The position numbers were made by a program, and so were the translations under genes. Shown in pieces: positions 10,229 through 23,300 of a stretch of DNA of 64,000 nt (positions within the stretch are counted from its first letter, which is position 1; every line of letters starts with the position of its first letter). The DNA is from Mobula hypostoma (lineage: Eukaryota), in assembly GCF_963921235.1 (NCBI RefSeq), contig NC_086097.1, positions 17,174,001 to 17,238,000 on the forward strand. The letters run 5' to 3'. A model generated the notes under the pieces. It saw nothing but the letters and a program-made list of their open reading frames with translations, was not told where the DNA came from and did not search any database.

Positions 10229-13149
10229 TCTGTGAGGGGGATGGGACCCAGAGCGATAGAGCAGTGAAAGAAGTGCATGGAGTAAAGCCAGATCTAACAT
10301 ACAGAGAGGCTTTGAGGAAAGAGAAGCAGAATAAACGGTGTAAAGACAGTAAGGTAGAAGGACTGAAATGTGTGTACCTCAATGCAAGAAGCATCAGGAA
10401 CAAAGGTGATGAACTGAGAGCTTAGATACATACATGGAATTATGATGTAGTGGCCATTACAGAGACTTGGCTGGCACCAGGGCAGGAATGGATTCTCAAT
10501 ATTCCTGGATTTCAGTGCTTTAAAAGGGATAGAGAGGGCGGAAAAAGGGGAGGAGGGGTGGCATTACTGGTCAGGGATACTGTTACAGCTACAGAAAGGG
10601 TGGGTAATGTAGCAGGATCCTCTTTTGAGTCAATATGGATGGAAGTCAGGAACAGGAAGGGAGCAGTTACTCTACTGGGGGTATTCTATAGGCCCCCTGG
10701 TAGCAGCAGAGATGCAGAGGAGCAGATTGGGAGGCAGATTTTGGAAAGGTGCAAAAATAACAGGGTTGTTATCATGGGTGACTTTAACTTCCCTAATATT
10801 GATTGGCACCTGATTAGTTCCAAGGGTTTAGATGGGGCAGAATTTGTTAAGTGTGTCCAAGATGGATTCCTGTCACAGTATGGTGACAGGACGACCAGGG
10901 GGAATGCAATACTAGATCTAGTACTAGGTAATGAACCGGCTCAGGTCACAGACCTCTCAGTGGGAGAGCATCTGGGGGACAGTGACTACTGCTCCCTGAC
11001 CTTTATAATTATCATGGAAAAGGATAGAAACAAAGAGGACAGGAAAATTTTTAATTGAGGAAAGGCAAATTATGAGGCTATAAGGCTAGAACTTGCGGGT
11101 GTGAATTGGCATGATGTTTTTGTAGGGAAATGTACTATGGACATGTGGTCGATGTTTAGAGATCTCTTGCGGGATGTTAGGGATAAATTTGTCCCGGTGA
11201 GGAAGATAAAGAATGGTAGGGTGAAGGAAACATGGGTGACAACTGAGGTGGAAAATCTAGTCAGGTGGAAGGAGGCAGCATACATGAGGTTTAGGAAGCA
11301 AGGATCAGATGGGTCTATTGAGGAATATGGGGAAGCAAGAAAGGAGCTTAAGAAGGGGCTGAGAAGAGCAAGAAGGGGGTATGAGAAGGCCTTGGCGAGT
11401 AGGGTAAAGGAAAACCCCAAGGCATTCTTCAATTATGTGAAGAACAAAAAGGATGACAGGAGTGAAGGTAGGACTGATCAGAAATAAAGGTGGGAAGATG
11501 TGCCTGGAGGCTGTGGAAGTGAGTGAGGTCCTCAATGAATACTTCTCTTCGGTATTCACCAATGAGAGGGAACTTGATGATGGTGAGGACAAAATGAGTG
11601 AGGTTGATGTTCTGGAGCATATTGATATTAAGGGAGAGGAGGTGTTGGAGTTGTTAAAATACATTAGGACAGATAAGTCCCCAGGGCCTGATGGAATATT
11701 CCCTAGGCTGCTCCACGAGGCGAGAGAAGAGATTGCTGAGCCTCTGGCTAGGATCTTTATGTCCTCGTCCGCGGGAATGGTACCGGAGGATTGGAGGGAG
11801 GCGAATGTTGTCCCCTTGTTCAAAAAACGTAGTAGGGTTAGTCCGGGTAAATATAGACCAGTGAGCCTTACGTCTGTGGTGGGAAAGCTGTTGGAAAAGA
11901 TTCTTAGAGATAGGATCTATAGGCATTTAGAGAATCATGGTCTGATCAGGGACAGTCAGCATGGCTTTGTGAAGGGCAGATCGTGTCTAACAAGCCTGAT
12001 AGAGTTCTTTGAGGAGGTGACCAGGCATATAGATGAGGGTAGTGCAGTGGATATGATCTATATGGATTTTAGTAAGGCATTTGACAAGGTTCCACACGGT
12101 AGGCTTATTCAGGAAGTTAGAAGGCATGGGATCCAGGGAAGTTTGGCCAGGTGGATTCAGAATTGGCTTGCCTGCAGAAGGCAGAGGGTGGTGGAGGAGG
12201 GAGTACATTCAAATTGGAGGATTGTGACTAGTGGTGTCCCACAAGGATCTGTTCTGGGACCTCTACTTTTCGTGATTTTTATTAACGACCTGGATGTGGG
12301 GGTGGAAGGGTGGGTTGGCAAGTTTGCAGACGACACAAAGGTTGGTGGTGTTGTAGATAGTGTAGAGGATTGTCAAAGATTGCAGAGAGACATTGATAGG
12401 ATGCAGAAGTGGGCTGAGAAGTGGCAGATGGAGTTCAACCCGGAGAAGTGTGAGGTGGTACACTTTGGAAGGACAAACTCCAAGGCAGAGTACAAGTAAA
12501 TGGCAGGATACTTGGTAGTATGGAGGAGCAGAGGGATCTCGGGGTACATGTCCACAGATCCCTGAAAGTTGCCTCACAGGTGGATAGGGTAGTTAAGAAA
12601 GCTTATGGGGTGTTAGCTTTCATAAGTCGAGGGATAGAGTTTAAGAGTCGCGATGTAATGATGCAGCTCTATAAAACTCTGGTTAGGCCACACTTGGAGT
12701 ACTGTGTCCAGTTCTGGTCACCTCACGATAGGAAGGATGTGGAAGCATTGGAAAGTCTACAGAGGAGATTTACCAGGATGCTGCCTGGTTTAGAAAGTAT
12801 GCATTATGATCAGAGATTAAGGGAGCTAGGGCTTTACTCTTTGGAGAGAAGGAGGATGAGAGGAGACATGATAGAGGTGTAAAAATAATAAGAGGAATAG
12901 ATAGAGTGGATAGCCAGCGCCTCTTCCCCAGGGCACCACTGCTCAATACAAGAGGACATGGCTTTAAGGTAAGGGGTGGGAAGTTCAAGGGGGATATTAG
13001 AGGAAGGTTTTTTACTCAGAGTGGTTGGTGCATGGAATGCACTGCCTGAGTCAGTGGTGGAGGCAGATACACTAGTGAAGTTTAAGAGACTACTGGACAG
13101 GTATATGGAGGAATTTAAGGTGGGGGCTTATATGGGAGGCAGGGTTTGA
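10229..13149 (+). pseudogene. CR1 ORF2: AP endonuclease plus reverse transcriptase, disrupted
   Basis: [57 protein letters not shown]; stops at 10423 and 11056; frameshifts at ~11450, ~12495, ~12880, ~13020; exact start uncertain. Confidence 0.92.
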
Positions 13150-13620
13150 GGGTCGGCACAACATTGTGGGCCGAAGGGCCTGTACTGTGCTGTACTATTC
13201 TATGTTCTATGTTTAAACTTTCAATAGTCCAAGTTACAACCTTATTACTGCATTACTGTGTGTTGGATCAGGCAGGTGAGACACCACTCACTACCTTTTC
13301 AAACCAATTTAGACTTTCAGAATATGGCATTTGGCATTTATTGCCAAAGGAGAGAGATTATACTTTAGTTATATAGGGAATTAGTGAGACTGCATCTGAT
13401 GGAGTAAAGATCTCCTTTACTAAGGGTAATTAATGCATTGGAAACAGTTCAGATGAAGTTTACTAGATTTATACTTGGAATGTGTGTGTTGTCTTCTGTT
13501 TAATAGGCTTGGTTTGTATTACTGGAGTTTAGAAGAGGGAAAGGAAACTTCGTTGAAACACAAAAGATCTCGAGATCTCTTTGTAGGGTCTTTGAATATT
13601 TTATGAATAGTCATAAATAT

Positions 13621-14165
13621 CATACTGTGCAAAAGTCTGAGGCAAACACACATATAAATATATGTATATATATAGAGAGAGAGAGCGCGCACTAGAGTGC
13701 CTACTTTTGCACAATGCCATAGTAATTTTATATATTCCACAGTACTGCTACTGCTGCAAAAATTTGAATTTCATAACATATGTGAGTGATGATAAACGTG
13801 ATTCTGATATGGGTCTGTATTGTGGACTGAGAGTGGGACGGGGGCAGGGAGAGGGGAATTATACTTGTGGAAAGGGGAAGAGAGAGGGGAGGGAGTGGAA
13901 AACACCAGAGAGACATCCTGTAGTGATCAATAAACCAACTGTTTTGAATCAAGTGACCTTGCCTGGTGTCTCGGGACTGTTTGTATCTGCACCTGTGCCC
14001 CTCCCTACCCCAACACTCCTTCTCTGCCACCTGTCCCACACTCCTCCTGTGGCTCTCCACCTTTGCCATTCCCAACACCCTTTGCTCCCACCAGATGTAC
14101 AAACTCGCTCTCCACTCCATGTTGATTAATACAGTATATGTGCCCAAGACTTTTACACAGTACTG
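13621..14165. mobile_element. Tc1/mariner-type MITE, composite
   Basis: Inverted termini ca-tactgtgcaaaagtctgaggca and tgcccaagacttttacacagtactg; additional internal right-TIR-like copy at ~13695-13716. Confidence 0.65.
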
Positions 14166-14297
14166 TGTTCATTAATGTCTGTCTGGATGAGGGGGAGTCA
14201 ACCCAGAATGTCAACTGACCATTTCCCTAAGCTCCTCAAGCATCTTGTTTGAGGAACAAGAAAGCAGTGTGAAGATAGAAGATCACTGATGATCTTA

Positions 14298-14516
14298 CTA
14301 AATAATGGGTGGAATGGGGGAGAGGAGAGAGTCTTGTTTTGTTGATTTTTTGGCTTGTCGTATTCTGTTTTGTTCAGCCAAGCATGTGAGCATGCTATGT
14401 TGGTGCCTGAATATGTGGCAATATTTTAGGCTGCCCCCAGCACACTCTTGGTTGTTACTACAAATGAGGCATTTCACTGTACGCTTGATAAATAAATTTG
14501 AATCCTGTATCTTGAA
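14298..14516 (+). mobile_element. Non-autonomous element with Rex-type (TTGAATC)n tail
   Basis: Ends catttcactgtac…aataaatttgaatcctgtatcttgaa; related minus-strand copy at 39305-39960. Confidence 0.55.
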
Positions 14517-14589
14517 TGGTGGAGCGACACAGTGGGTTGACTGAGTAACCCTTACTCTTCTTTCTTTCTTGTTGACTGCCCCTATCAAA

Positions 14590-15300
14590 TGAGAGGAGGA
14601 GGAGCTAAAGCTGGCACCAGAGTGTGAACTTTTCGAGTTCATCTATGAAACAGTTTAAATTCTTCTCCTTTTCAAGGCGACTGGGGTCCGACCTGAGTCA
14701 GTGATCTGCCGCTGCACTCAAACAACAGTTCTTCACGACGGTGGGCTTCTGCTCCCAGAGCTTGCTGAGCGGCCTAGCATTTACGATATCCTCAGGAGGA
14801 TCCTGGAAGACGTGTGCCTTCAGGAAGCAGCCCTGCTGCCCTGTGGATGACCTGATTTCTTGCCGGTGTCACCGACTGAAGTGTCGCCAGAAATCGGAAC
14901 ATCGAGAGAGCACCGAAATAAGCGATGCTGCAGACCGTAACATCGAAACAGTGAGCTGTTGGCTTCCCCTCTCGCTGTGGAGAAGTGATACTCTCTCTCC
15001 CTCATTAGTGAGAGAGAGAGAGAACCAGTGGATGTCAGAGTGTTGGGATGAGCAGTGTTTTTTTTTATATAGATGGACTCTAGATCATGGTCTCTTTGGG
15101 GGCTTTGCTTTTGCTTGCATGGCAGGTGGGGGGAGGGCTGATGCTTTTGCTGCTTGTGAAGGGGGGGCATTGCAGTTCTAATATTTTCCTGTCATTCACT
15201 CTTTAGGGTTTTTCTTCTGTTTCATAGATGTCTGCAAGGAGTAAGAATTTCAGGTTGTATACCGTATACGCTCTCTGATATAACAGTGAACCATTGAAAT
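14590..15300 (+). mobile_element. GC-rich non-autonomous retroposon with Rex1-like 3' tail
   Basis: CpG-rich body with no credible ORF; ends agaatttcaggttgtata…tgaaccattgaa like the Rex1 tails at 18860-18920. Confidence 0.55.
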
Positions 15301-16764
15301 GCCTACTTCCCTCTCATGGTTAGTTGGATGAAGTAACTTATCTCAACAAGGACTTAACCCATCTTGACAAAGAAAGATAGGGGAGATGAAAAACAAACAA
15401 TAGATCAGGAATTCTCCACAATGCAAGCCAACACATACCGTTAAGCAGATGGGTTTGGATCTGAGCTTTAAACAGTAAATACAAAATATATTGTAATTTG
15501 AAATCCACTCCCGTATTAAATAAATCTTCCTTTCTGGCTACTAAATGGAGATGCTTTGGGAATATCAATTTAGATAATGCTGGCTCTAAAGCAGCTCTAT
15601 TGTGAACTCCCCACTCCCCCATATATTCTGGAACCATGTTGAAGCTGCAGTTGATGGGTGGGTAGATGGAGTAATCACAGTTTGGGGAATTCCAGTCTTT
15701 GATTAAGAGTAATGCTATGACAAAACTACTTCCAAATACTGGAAGTGAGTGAGTGCACAGCTCTGGTTGAGATCAGTCTGACCACAAACAGCAGCAATAG
15801 CAAAAGATCAGCCTGAAAGCCCATTGAGAGGCCTGCTACAGGAAGATCTCTGATCTTCTTCACAAGTATCTAATGTTCAGTCTCCAAAATATCTCAGAGT
15901 TCATTCCATTTAGACAGTGAAACTTCATTGATAGATTTTAAAGACTTTGAAATCAGGTCTGGAAATAGACTATGTGAGATCTTTCAATCATGTGATTTCT
16001 TTAAGAGCCATTTGGTGTACAATTCCAAGGAATTACAAGCTACTGAGACCTCTTGGACACTTGCTAAGTTGCCTTAGGGACCTTGATGGAATTTCCTAGT
16101 TATTCCTGAACTGGCGGCGATTTTGTCTCTGGGATGTTCAGCTTCTCTCTGGAGGCTAGCTTCACATTTCTCACATGCAATTTAATATTGATGAATGTGA
16201 GATAATATACTTCAGACTGGATTTGCAACAAGAACTCTCTTGACCTTCATATGAATAAGTCCTTTCTCTGAAATAGCTTGCGCACCCTTCAGTGTAACCC
16301 ACGCTTCACCTGCCAACGTCAATATTCCAGTTTTAACCCCAATATCCTTGAAAGATGTTATTTAAATCCCAATTTCCAGAAAGGATTTTCTCTAAACTAA
16401 TTCATTTATAACCACCCTCTTTGTTACTTATTGGGACATCTAACTTTCTTTCACTAAGTTAATAACTTTGATAAGATTTGGGTCCGTTTGCAACTAGGTT
16501 TAGACCTCTGTTGCAATGCTATGAATGGTAGTAGAGGAGAGGCCACTGTTTCCCTTTGCTGGGGTTGCTTATGATCTTATGGTCTTATACTGGATATCTA
16601 CCAGAAATTCATAGCCAGCATATTAATAAGTACTTTCCATTGGCACTTTCCAAACAAAAACACATTTTGAAAGTAATAGGGTGTATTGTTATATTAGATC
16701 AGAATAAAATAGATAATTTTGGATTAGGTAATGAGATATATTGTAATGTCAATGGAAAGTACTT

Positions 16765-16995
16765 ATTAGGATGTTGGCCAATTGAGTCTGCTCCACCATT
16801 TCATCATAGCTAATGTATTTTCCCCTCAGCCCCAAACTCCTGCCTTCTCCCCATTTCCCTTCAAACCTGGACTAATCAAGAATCTATCAACCTCTGTCTT
16901 AAATACACCCAGTGAATTGACCTCCACAGTGACCTGTGGCAATGATTTCCACAGATTCGCCACTCTCTGGCTAAAGAAATTCCTCTTCATGATCT
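16765..16995 (-). mobile_element. CR1 3' fragment
   Basis: MKRNFFSQRVANLWKSLPQ. Confidence 0.8.
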
Positions 16996-17419
16996 CTGAT
17001 TGGCCCATCTCCAGCCCAACCATGTTGTTGTGATTCTTCAATCACATTTATGTCTAAAGAACAGCCTTTGGGCTCAGTTTTTATTAGCCTTCCATCCTGA
17101 GTTCTGAAATTTAGTTTATGGTAATTTGGAGGCACGCCAATATGTTCTCATTTGGAACATGCTCCTCACACATCAGAAACTTACTTTTTATTTCCTGATA
17201 TTGCTGTACTATTCAAAGAAGCAGGACTTGGCAGAAGAGTATGGAGCTGTTTTGACAATCCTTAACTAACTGCAAAATAAGTCCTTAATATTTGCTATCT
17301 ATAGATTAGAAGGCGTTTTCCTACCCTTTTGATAGGTAGTTTTCTCTCGCACCTCGCTGGTGTTGGTAAGCTGTGTTTGGGAACATGGCATGTGTTTTTT
17401 TTCTCTGGTTACATGATAT

Positions 17420-18260
17420 AACGGAATGACTTATTAGCTCATTTTAAAGGACAGTTTGGAGTCAACCACGTCGCTTGGGTTGAAGTCATAAATAGGCTCG
17501 ACCAATGTAAAATGAGAAATATCTTTCCACAAGGGATGTTAATGAACTGAGAAAGTGTTTATAACAATTGAACAGTTCAATCGTTGTAGTACTGTTTTTT
17601 TTAATTATTGTGTATTTATTTCCCCAACAATCCCCCAGCTATAATGCAGTAATTTGAATTCAAGATTCCAGATCATTAAGTGAAGAATTTTTTTTGCACT
17701 AATTATTTCACCTACTGCCCGTTATGCTGTTGCCATTTCGGGCAGCAATGAAGGACTCCCATCTCTGTCTGTGTTCAGGGCTTCCTCCATCGTGCCAGTA
17801 GCTTCCTCTCAGTTTTCGTTACTGTCAGTCATGCAAGTCCCGGGATACCTTCGCACTCAGATATAGAAGGATTCTACATTACAATTTCCATAGGAATTTT
17901 ATTTTACCTGTCAGGGTTGTTAGCCCTGAACTGAACTCCGGAACCTGGAGGACCAGTGGACCACCCTTAGTCTGTCCTCTATTCTTTGATCTGTTTAGTG
18001 TGGGTACCAAGAGCCAATGCGTAAAGCTTTGACTCCAGCCAACATAGCTCTCCGGGTCTTTGAGGCACGCAAACCTCCAACCCATGTCAAGGTTGCTGTC
18101 TTCTTGGAGGACTAATTATTTATTTTTATATATTTCTTATTGTAACTTGCAGTAATTATTTAAGTATTGTGCTGCTGCCACAAAACAACAAACTTCACGA
18201 CATATATCAGGGATAATAAACATGATCCTGATTACTAGATAAGTAACATAACTAGTAAGC
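17420..18260 (-). mobile_element. Old tRNA-derived SINE interrupted by an RTE-type SINE and a Rex tail
   Basis: gagtcaaccacgtcgc…aagggatgttaatgaac body; head remnant ctgattactagataagtaacataac at ~18228-18255. Confidence 0.45.
17709..18110 (-). mobile_element. Non-autonomous bipartite RTE (Expander-like 5' end plus RTE 3' end)
   Basis: 11-bp TSD actaattattt (17698-17708 / 18111-18121); 5' motif accttgacatgggttggaggtttgcgtgcctcaaagacccggagagctatg; 3' end gagatgggagtccttcattgctgcc…cataacgggcagtag. Confidence 0.8.
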
Positions 18261-18439
18261 TAAACAAGATTGTCATTTAGTCTAGCTTTAGAGAAGGGCA
18301 CGAGACAACCTATATAACATTCAGATCAGAGGAAGCTTAATTTCTATGTATTGAGCTATGTCTCAGATAAATTAGAAGTATTGTACGAACCCCCCAGAAC
18401 ATCAATGTGGTTCACTGGTGCCATCTTGCACTACTTTCC

Positions 18440-18920
18440 TGTGTTGTTGCAGGAAAGCAGCATCTATCGTTAATGATCTCCACCACCCAGGTCATACTCT
18501 CTTCATGCTGCTGCCATCAGAAGGAAGGAACAGGAGCCCCAAGACATGCACAACAGGTTCATGATCAGTTATTACCCCTCAACCTTAGGGCTCTTGAACC
18601 AAAGGAGATAACTTCACTCAACTTGACGTGCCCATCATGAAATGTTCTCACAGCATATAGGTTCACTTTCAAGGACTCCTCATCTCATGTTCTAATATTT
18701 ATTGCTCATTTATTTATTATTATTTCTTTCTTTTTGTATTTGCACGGATTGCTGTCTTTTGCACACTGGTTGAATGCCTATGTTAACGCAGTCTTTTATT
18801 GATTCTATTATGGTTATTATTCTATTATGGATTTATTGAGTATGCCCACAAGAAAATGAATCTCAGGGCTGCGTATGGTGACACATATGTACTTTGATAA
18901 TAAACTTACTTTGAACTTTG
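18440..18920 (+). mobile_element. Rex1/Babar LINE 3' end
   Basis: gcaggaaagcagcatc…cacccaggtcatactctc…ctgccatcag; (ttgaact)n tail. Confidence 0.8.
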
Positions 18921-20339
18921 AATTAGAATTGTAAATAAGTGAGGGAACAATGATCAGCTTAAAAGAAGTGATCACTCACGTACAGTGTGATTTTGTTTCC
19001 ACAAGAGAAACCAAACTCAAAGCTCTTGGGATGTTGAACACGTTGGAGTGTAAGATGAAAAGAGAAACGTGAGCGTATCCACTAATACCATGACAATGGA
19101 GGAGAGAACTTGACAGAGCATATTACAGAAGAGAAGTAAAAAAGAATTGGAAGAAACAGTATGGGAATGGAATAATATCTGATGTAAAACTGAAGCCCAA
19201 GATCATCTTTAGACATAAGTGCAATATAAGGACCACAGGAACATGGCAGGACCAGAAATGGGATAATCATGATCAAAATGGAGGTCTATTCATGGTAAGA
19301 CCAGCGATGGAACAGTCAGGATTAAAATGGTGGCCTACACATGGTAGAAGAATGCATAGGCAGTATGCTAATAATTTTTTTTCTCTATTGGCATTTATCA
19401 AACAAAATGTATTTTTAAAGCTCTGGTAAATCAGTATTGTTAGAATATTGGATGAGATAAAACAGATAACAGAGATTTTTTTCTTTCATTTCTCTGAGCA
19501 TTGCACGGAAGGCCAGAATTAATTGCCCATCCTTGCTGCCTTTGAGAAGATTGTGCTGAACTGGGTTTCTGAATTGTAGCAGTTCTTCAGGTGAGCGTAC
19601 TCCATGGGGTTTCTGGGGAGGAATTCAATTAGCTATCCCCAGCAATGTCCAAAGACTGGCTACACATCTTGAAGTCTTGAGGGTGTGTATCATGGAGTGT
19701 AATTTGCAAGTAGTAGTATTCCTGAAAACGTGTTGCTTTTGTCCTTCCTGATGGTAAAGTTTGCAGGGTTGGGAAGTAGTGAAGATCCTGGGTGAGTAAT
19801 TACATTGTACTTTGTAGATAGTACATACTATAGTCACCCTGCAGTGATAATGGAGAGAATAGATTTTCAGTACAGTTGGTAGGATATCAATCCTCTTTCC
19901 TTAATTGTGCTACCCTCTTGAGAGTTGTTATAGCTGGAGTCATCAAGAGAAAATGTATTGTATTCCAATATGCTTCAACTTGTAATTTGTAGCTAATGGG
20001 GAAGCCTTAGGGTTTAGGCTATGATAAGCTTATCATAGGATACCCAGCCCATGACCATCACTTGTAGCCACAGTATTTATGTGGTTGGTCCAGCTGAGTA
20101 AGTGTCAGTAATGACCCCTAGGATGGTGGCAGTGAAGTCTTAGCAATGATAGTGCCAGTGAAAACAAAAGTTGGTCAGTTCTGGACTTTTTAGAGATTGT
20201 TGTTGCTTGACACTTGTTTGAGGCAAATGTTATCCATCTTGTATCAGATGTTGTCTGAATGTTGTCAACAACATCCAGGATCTTCAATTGTTGAACAACT
20301 TAAAAAAAAAAAAAAAAAAAGAATTTGGACATTGTCCAA

Positions 20340-23300
20340 TCCATAAGATATAGGAGCAGAAATAGGCCGTTTGGCCCACTGAGTGTTCTCCACCATTTCA
20401 TCAAGGCTGATCCATTTTCCCTCTCAGCCGCAATCTCTTGCCTTCTCCCTGTATCCCTTCATGCCCTGAAAAATGAAGAATCTACCAAACTCAGACTAAA
20501 ATTTGCATAAAGATGTGGCCTCCATAGCTGCCTGTGGCAACGAATTCCACAGATTCACCACTCTCTGGCTAAAGAAATTCCTCTTCATGTCCATTCTAAA
20601 AGGACATCCCTCTGTTCTGAGGCTGTGTCCTCTGGTCCTAGGCTTTCCAAACTTGGGAAACATCCTTTCCAAATACTCTCCACCAAGACCTTTCACTGTT
20701 CAATTGGTTTCAATAAGGTCACCTGTCATTCTTCTGAATTGCATTGAAAATAGGTTCAGAGTCATCAAATGCTCTTCATATGACAAGCCATTCAATCCTG
20801 GAATCATTTTTGTGAACCTCCTTTAAACCCACATGCTTACTTGGCAAATTCTTTCTAAGATAAGTGGCCCAAAACTACTCACACTACTCCAAGTGAGACC
20901 TCAACAGTGCTTTATAAAGCATCAATATTACATCCTTGCTTTATATTCTAGTCCTCTTGACATGAATGCTAACATCACATTTGCCATCCTCAACATAGAC
21001 TCAACCTGAAAATTAACCTTTCAGGAAGCCTGAACAAGGGCTCCAGAGTCCTTTTGTACCACAGATTTTTGAATTTTTTTTTCTCCATTTAGAAAATAGC
21101 CTACCCTTTTATTTCTTCTGCCAAAGAGCATGACTGTGCACTTCCCAACATTGTATTCCATCTGCCATTTTTTTTCCCCATTCTCCAAACCTAAGTCCTT
21201 CTGTACCCTCCCTACTTCATCAAAACTGCCTGCCTCTTCACCTATCTTCATATGATCCACAAAGTTTGCAACAAAGCCATCAATTTCATCGTCCAAGTCA
21301 TTAACATATAATGTAAAAAGAAGCCGTCCCAACACAGATCGCTGTAACACCACTAGTCATCAGCAAACAGCCAGAAAAGGCTTCCTTTATTCCCACTCTT
21401 TGCCTCCTTTCTGATCAGCCACTGTGTTATCCATACAGAATCTTTCATGTAATATCATGAGCTTGTTAAGCAGCTTCATGTGTGACATCTTGTCAAAGAC
21501 CTTCTGAAAATCCAAGTACACAACATCCACCAATTCTCCATTGTCTATCCTGCTTGTTATTTCTTCAGGCAATATTTTCCCTTGAGGAAACCATGCTGAC
21601 CACGGCCTCTTTTATCATGTGCCTCCAAGTACTCCAAAACCACATCCTTAACAATCGATTCTAACATCTTCCCAACAGCTGAAGTTAGACTGACTGGCCT
21701 ATAATTTCTTCTGCCTGTCTTCCTACTTGAAGAGTAGAGCAACATTTGCAATTTTCCAGTCTTACGAAAAGAATTCCAGAATCCAGTGGTTCTTGAAAGA
21801 TCATTACTAATGCCTCCACAATCTCTTCAGCCAACTCTTTCATAACCCTACAGTGTACACCATCTTGTCCAGGTGATTTATCTACCTTCAGACCATTCAG
21901 TTTTCCAGAGCTTTCTCCATAGTAATGTCAACTTCACACACCTCTGACCCCTGACACTCTGGAACTTCCACCATACTGCTAGTGTCTTCCACAATGAAGA
22001 CTGATGCAAAATATTCATTTGTTTTGTCCAACTGTTTCCTTGTTCCCCGTATTACCTCTCCAGCATCGTTTTCCATTGGTCCAGTATCTACTCTTGCCTC
22101 TCTTTTACACTTTCTGTGGCTTGTTTTCATATTCCATCTTTTCCTTCTTAATTACTTTTTAATTGCCTTCTGTTGATTTTTAAAGTTTCCAATTCCTCTA
22201 ATTTCTCACTAGTTTTTGCTTTATTATATGCGCTCTCTTTGGCTTTTATGTTGGCTTTGACTTCTCTTGTTAGCCACAATGTGTCTTCTTGCCTTTAGAA
22301 TGCTTCTTCCTTTTTAGGATGTATATATCCTGTGCCTTCTGAGTTGCTTCCAGAAATTCCAGCCATTGCTGCCCTGCCGTCATCCCTGTCACTGTTCTTT
22401 TCCAATCAATTTTGGCCAAATCCTCTCTCATGCCTCTGTAATTCCCTTGATTCCACTGTAATATTCTCCTCAAATTTCAGGGTGAATTCAATCACATTAT
22501 GATCGTTTTCCCCTCAGGGTTATTTTACCTTCAGCTCTCTAATCAATTCCAGATCATTGTACAACACCCAATCCAGAACAGCTGATCCCCTAGTAGGTTC
22601 AACCACAAGCTGCTCTTAAAAAGCCATCTCAGTCATTCAAGAAACTCCCCCTCTTGGAATCCAGCACCAACCTGGCTTTTCCAATTTACCTGTATTTTGA
22701 AATCCCCCATGACTATTGTAACATTGCCCTTTTGGCATGCATTTTCTATCTCCCATTGCAATTTGTAGACCACATTCTTTCAACCATGAATTAATGATGC
22801 CCACAACATCATACGTTCCAATCTGTAGCTGTGCTACAAGTTCCTCTACCTTATTCTGTACACTGTGTGCATTCAAATATAACATCTTCAGTCCTGTATT
22901 TACCCTTTTTGATTTTGTCCATTTTTTACACTGAAACTCATCCTGTTGACTGCGATTTTGCTCTGTCAGCAACCTCTCCTTGCTGAAGTCTCACTACAAA
23001 TTTTCTCAGTGCTTTCACTCCTTCCAGGAGATCCCAATGATCCATAAACCTGAACCCCTGCCCCCAGCACCAGTTTCTCAACCACGCATTCACCTGCCAA
23101 ATCATCCTGCTTTTACCCTCAGTGGTACGTGGCAGAGTTTACATCCCTGGAATTCCTGTTTTTCAGCTTTTTACCTAGCTCCCTAAAGTCTCTCTTCAGG
23201 ACCTCCTCACCTTGTCGTCTTATGTCATTGGAGCCAATATTCACCAAGACTTCTGGCTGCTCACCTTTGCTTGCCTGTTTTGATGCCTTAGATCCGATCT

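Larger units (their letters stand above)
8937..13213 (+). mobile_element. Near-full-length CR1-clade LINE (~4.3 kb)
   Basis: Repetitive 5' UTR, ORF1, ORF2 (APE + RT) and tail tgtactattctatgttctatg; few lesions; no clear TSD. Confidence 0.95.

Noticed and set aside
9314..12577. Several 100-190-aa minus-strand ORFs
   Set aside because: Antisense shadows of CR1 ORF1 and ORF2
20302..20320. Poly(A) run as a processed-pseudogene tail
   Set aside because: Sits inside an old LINE with no upstream ORF, polyadenylation signal or TSD
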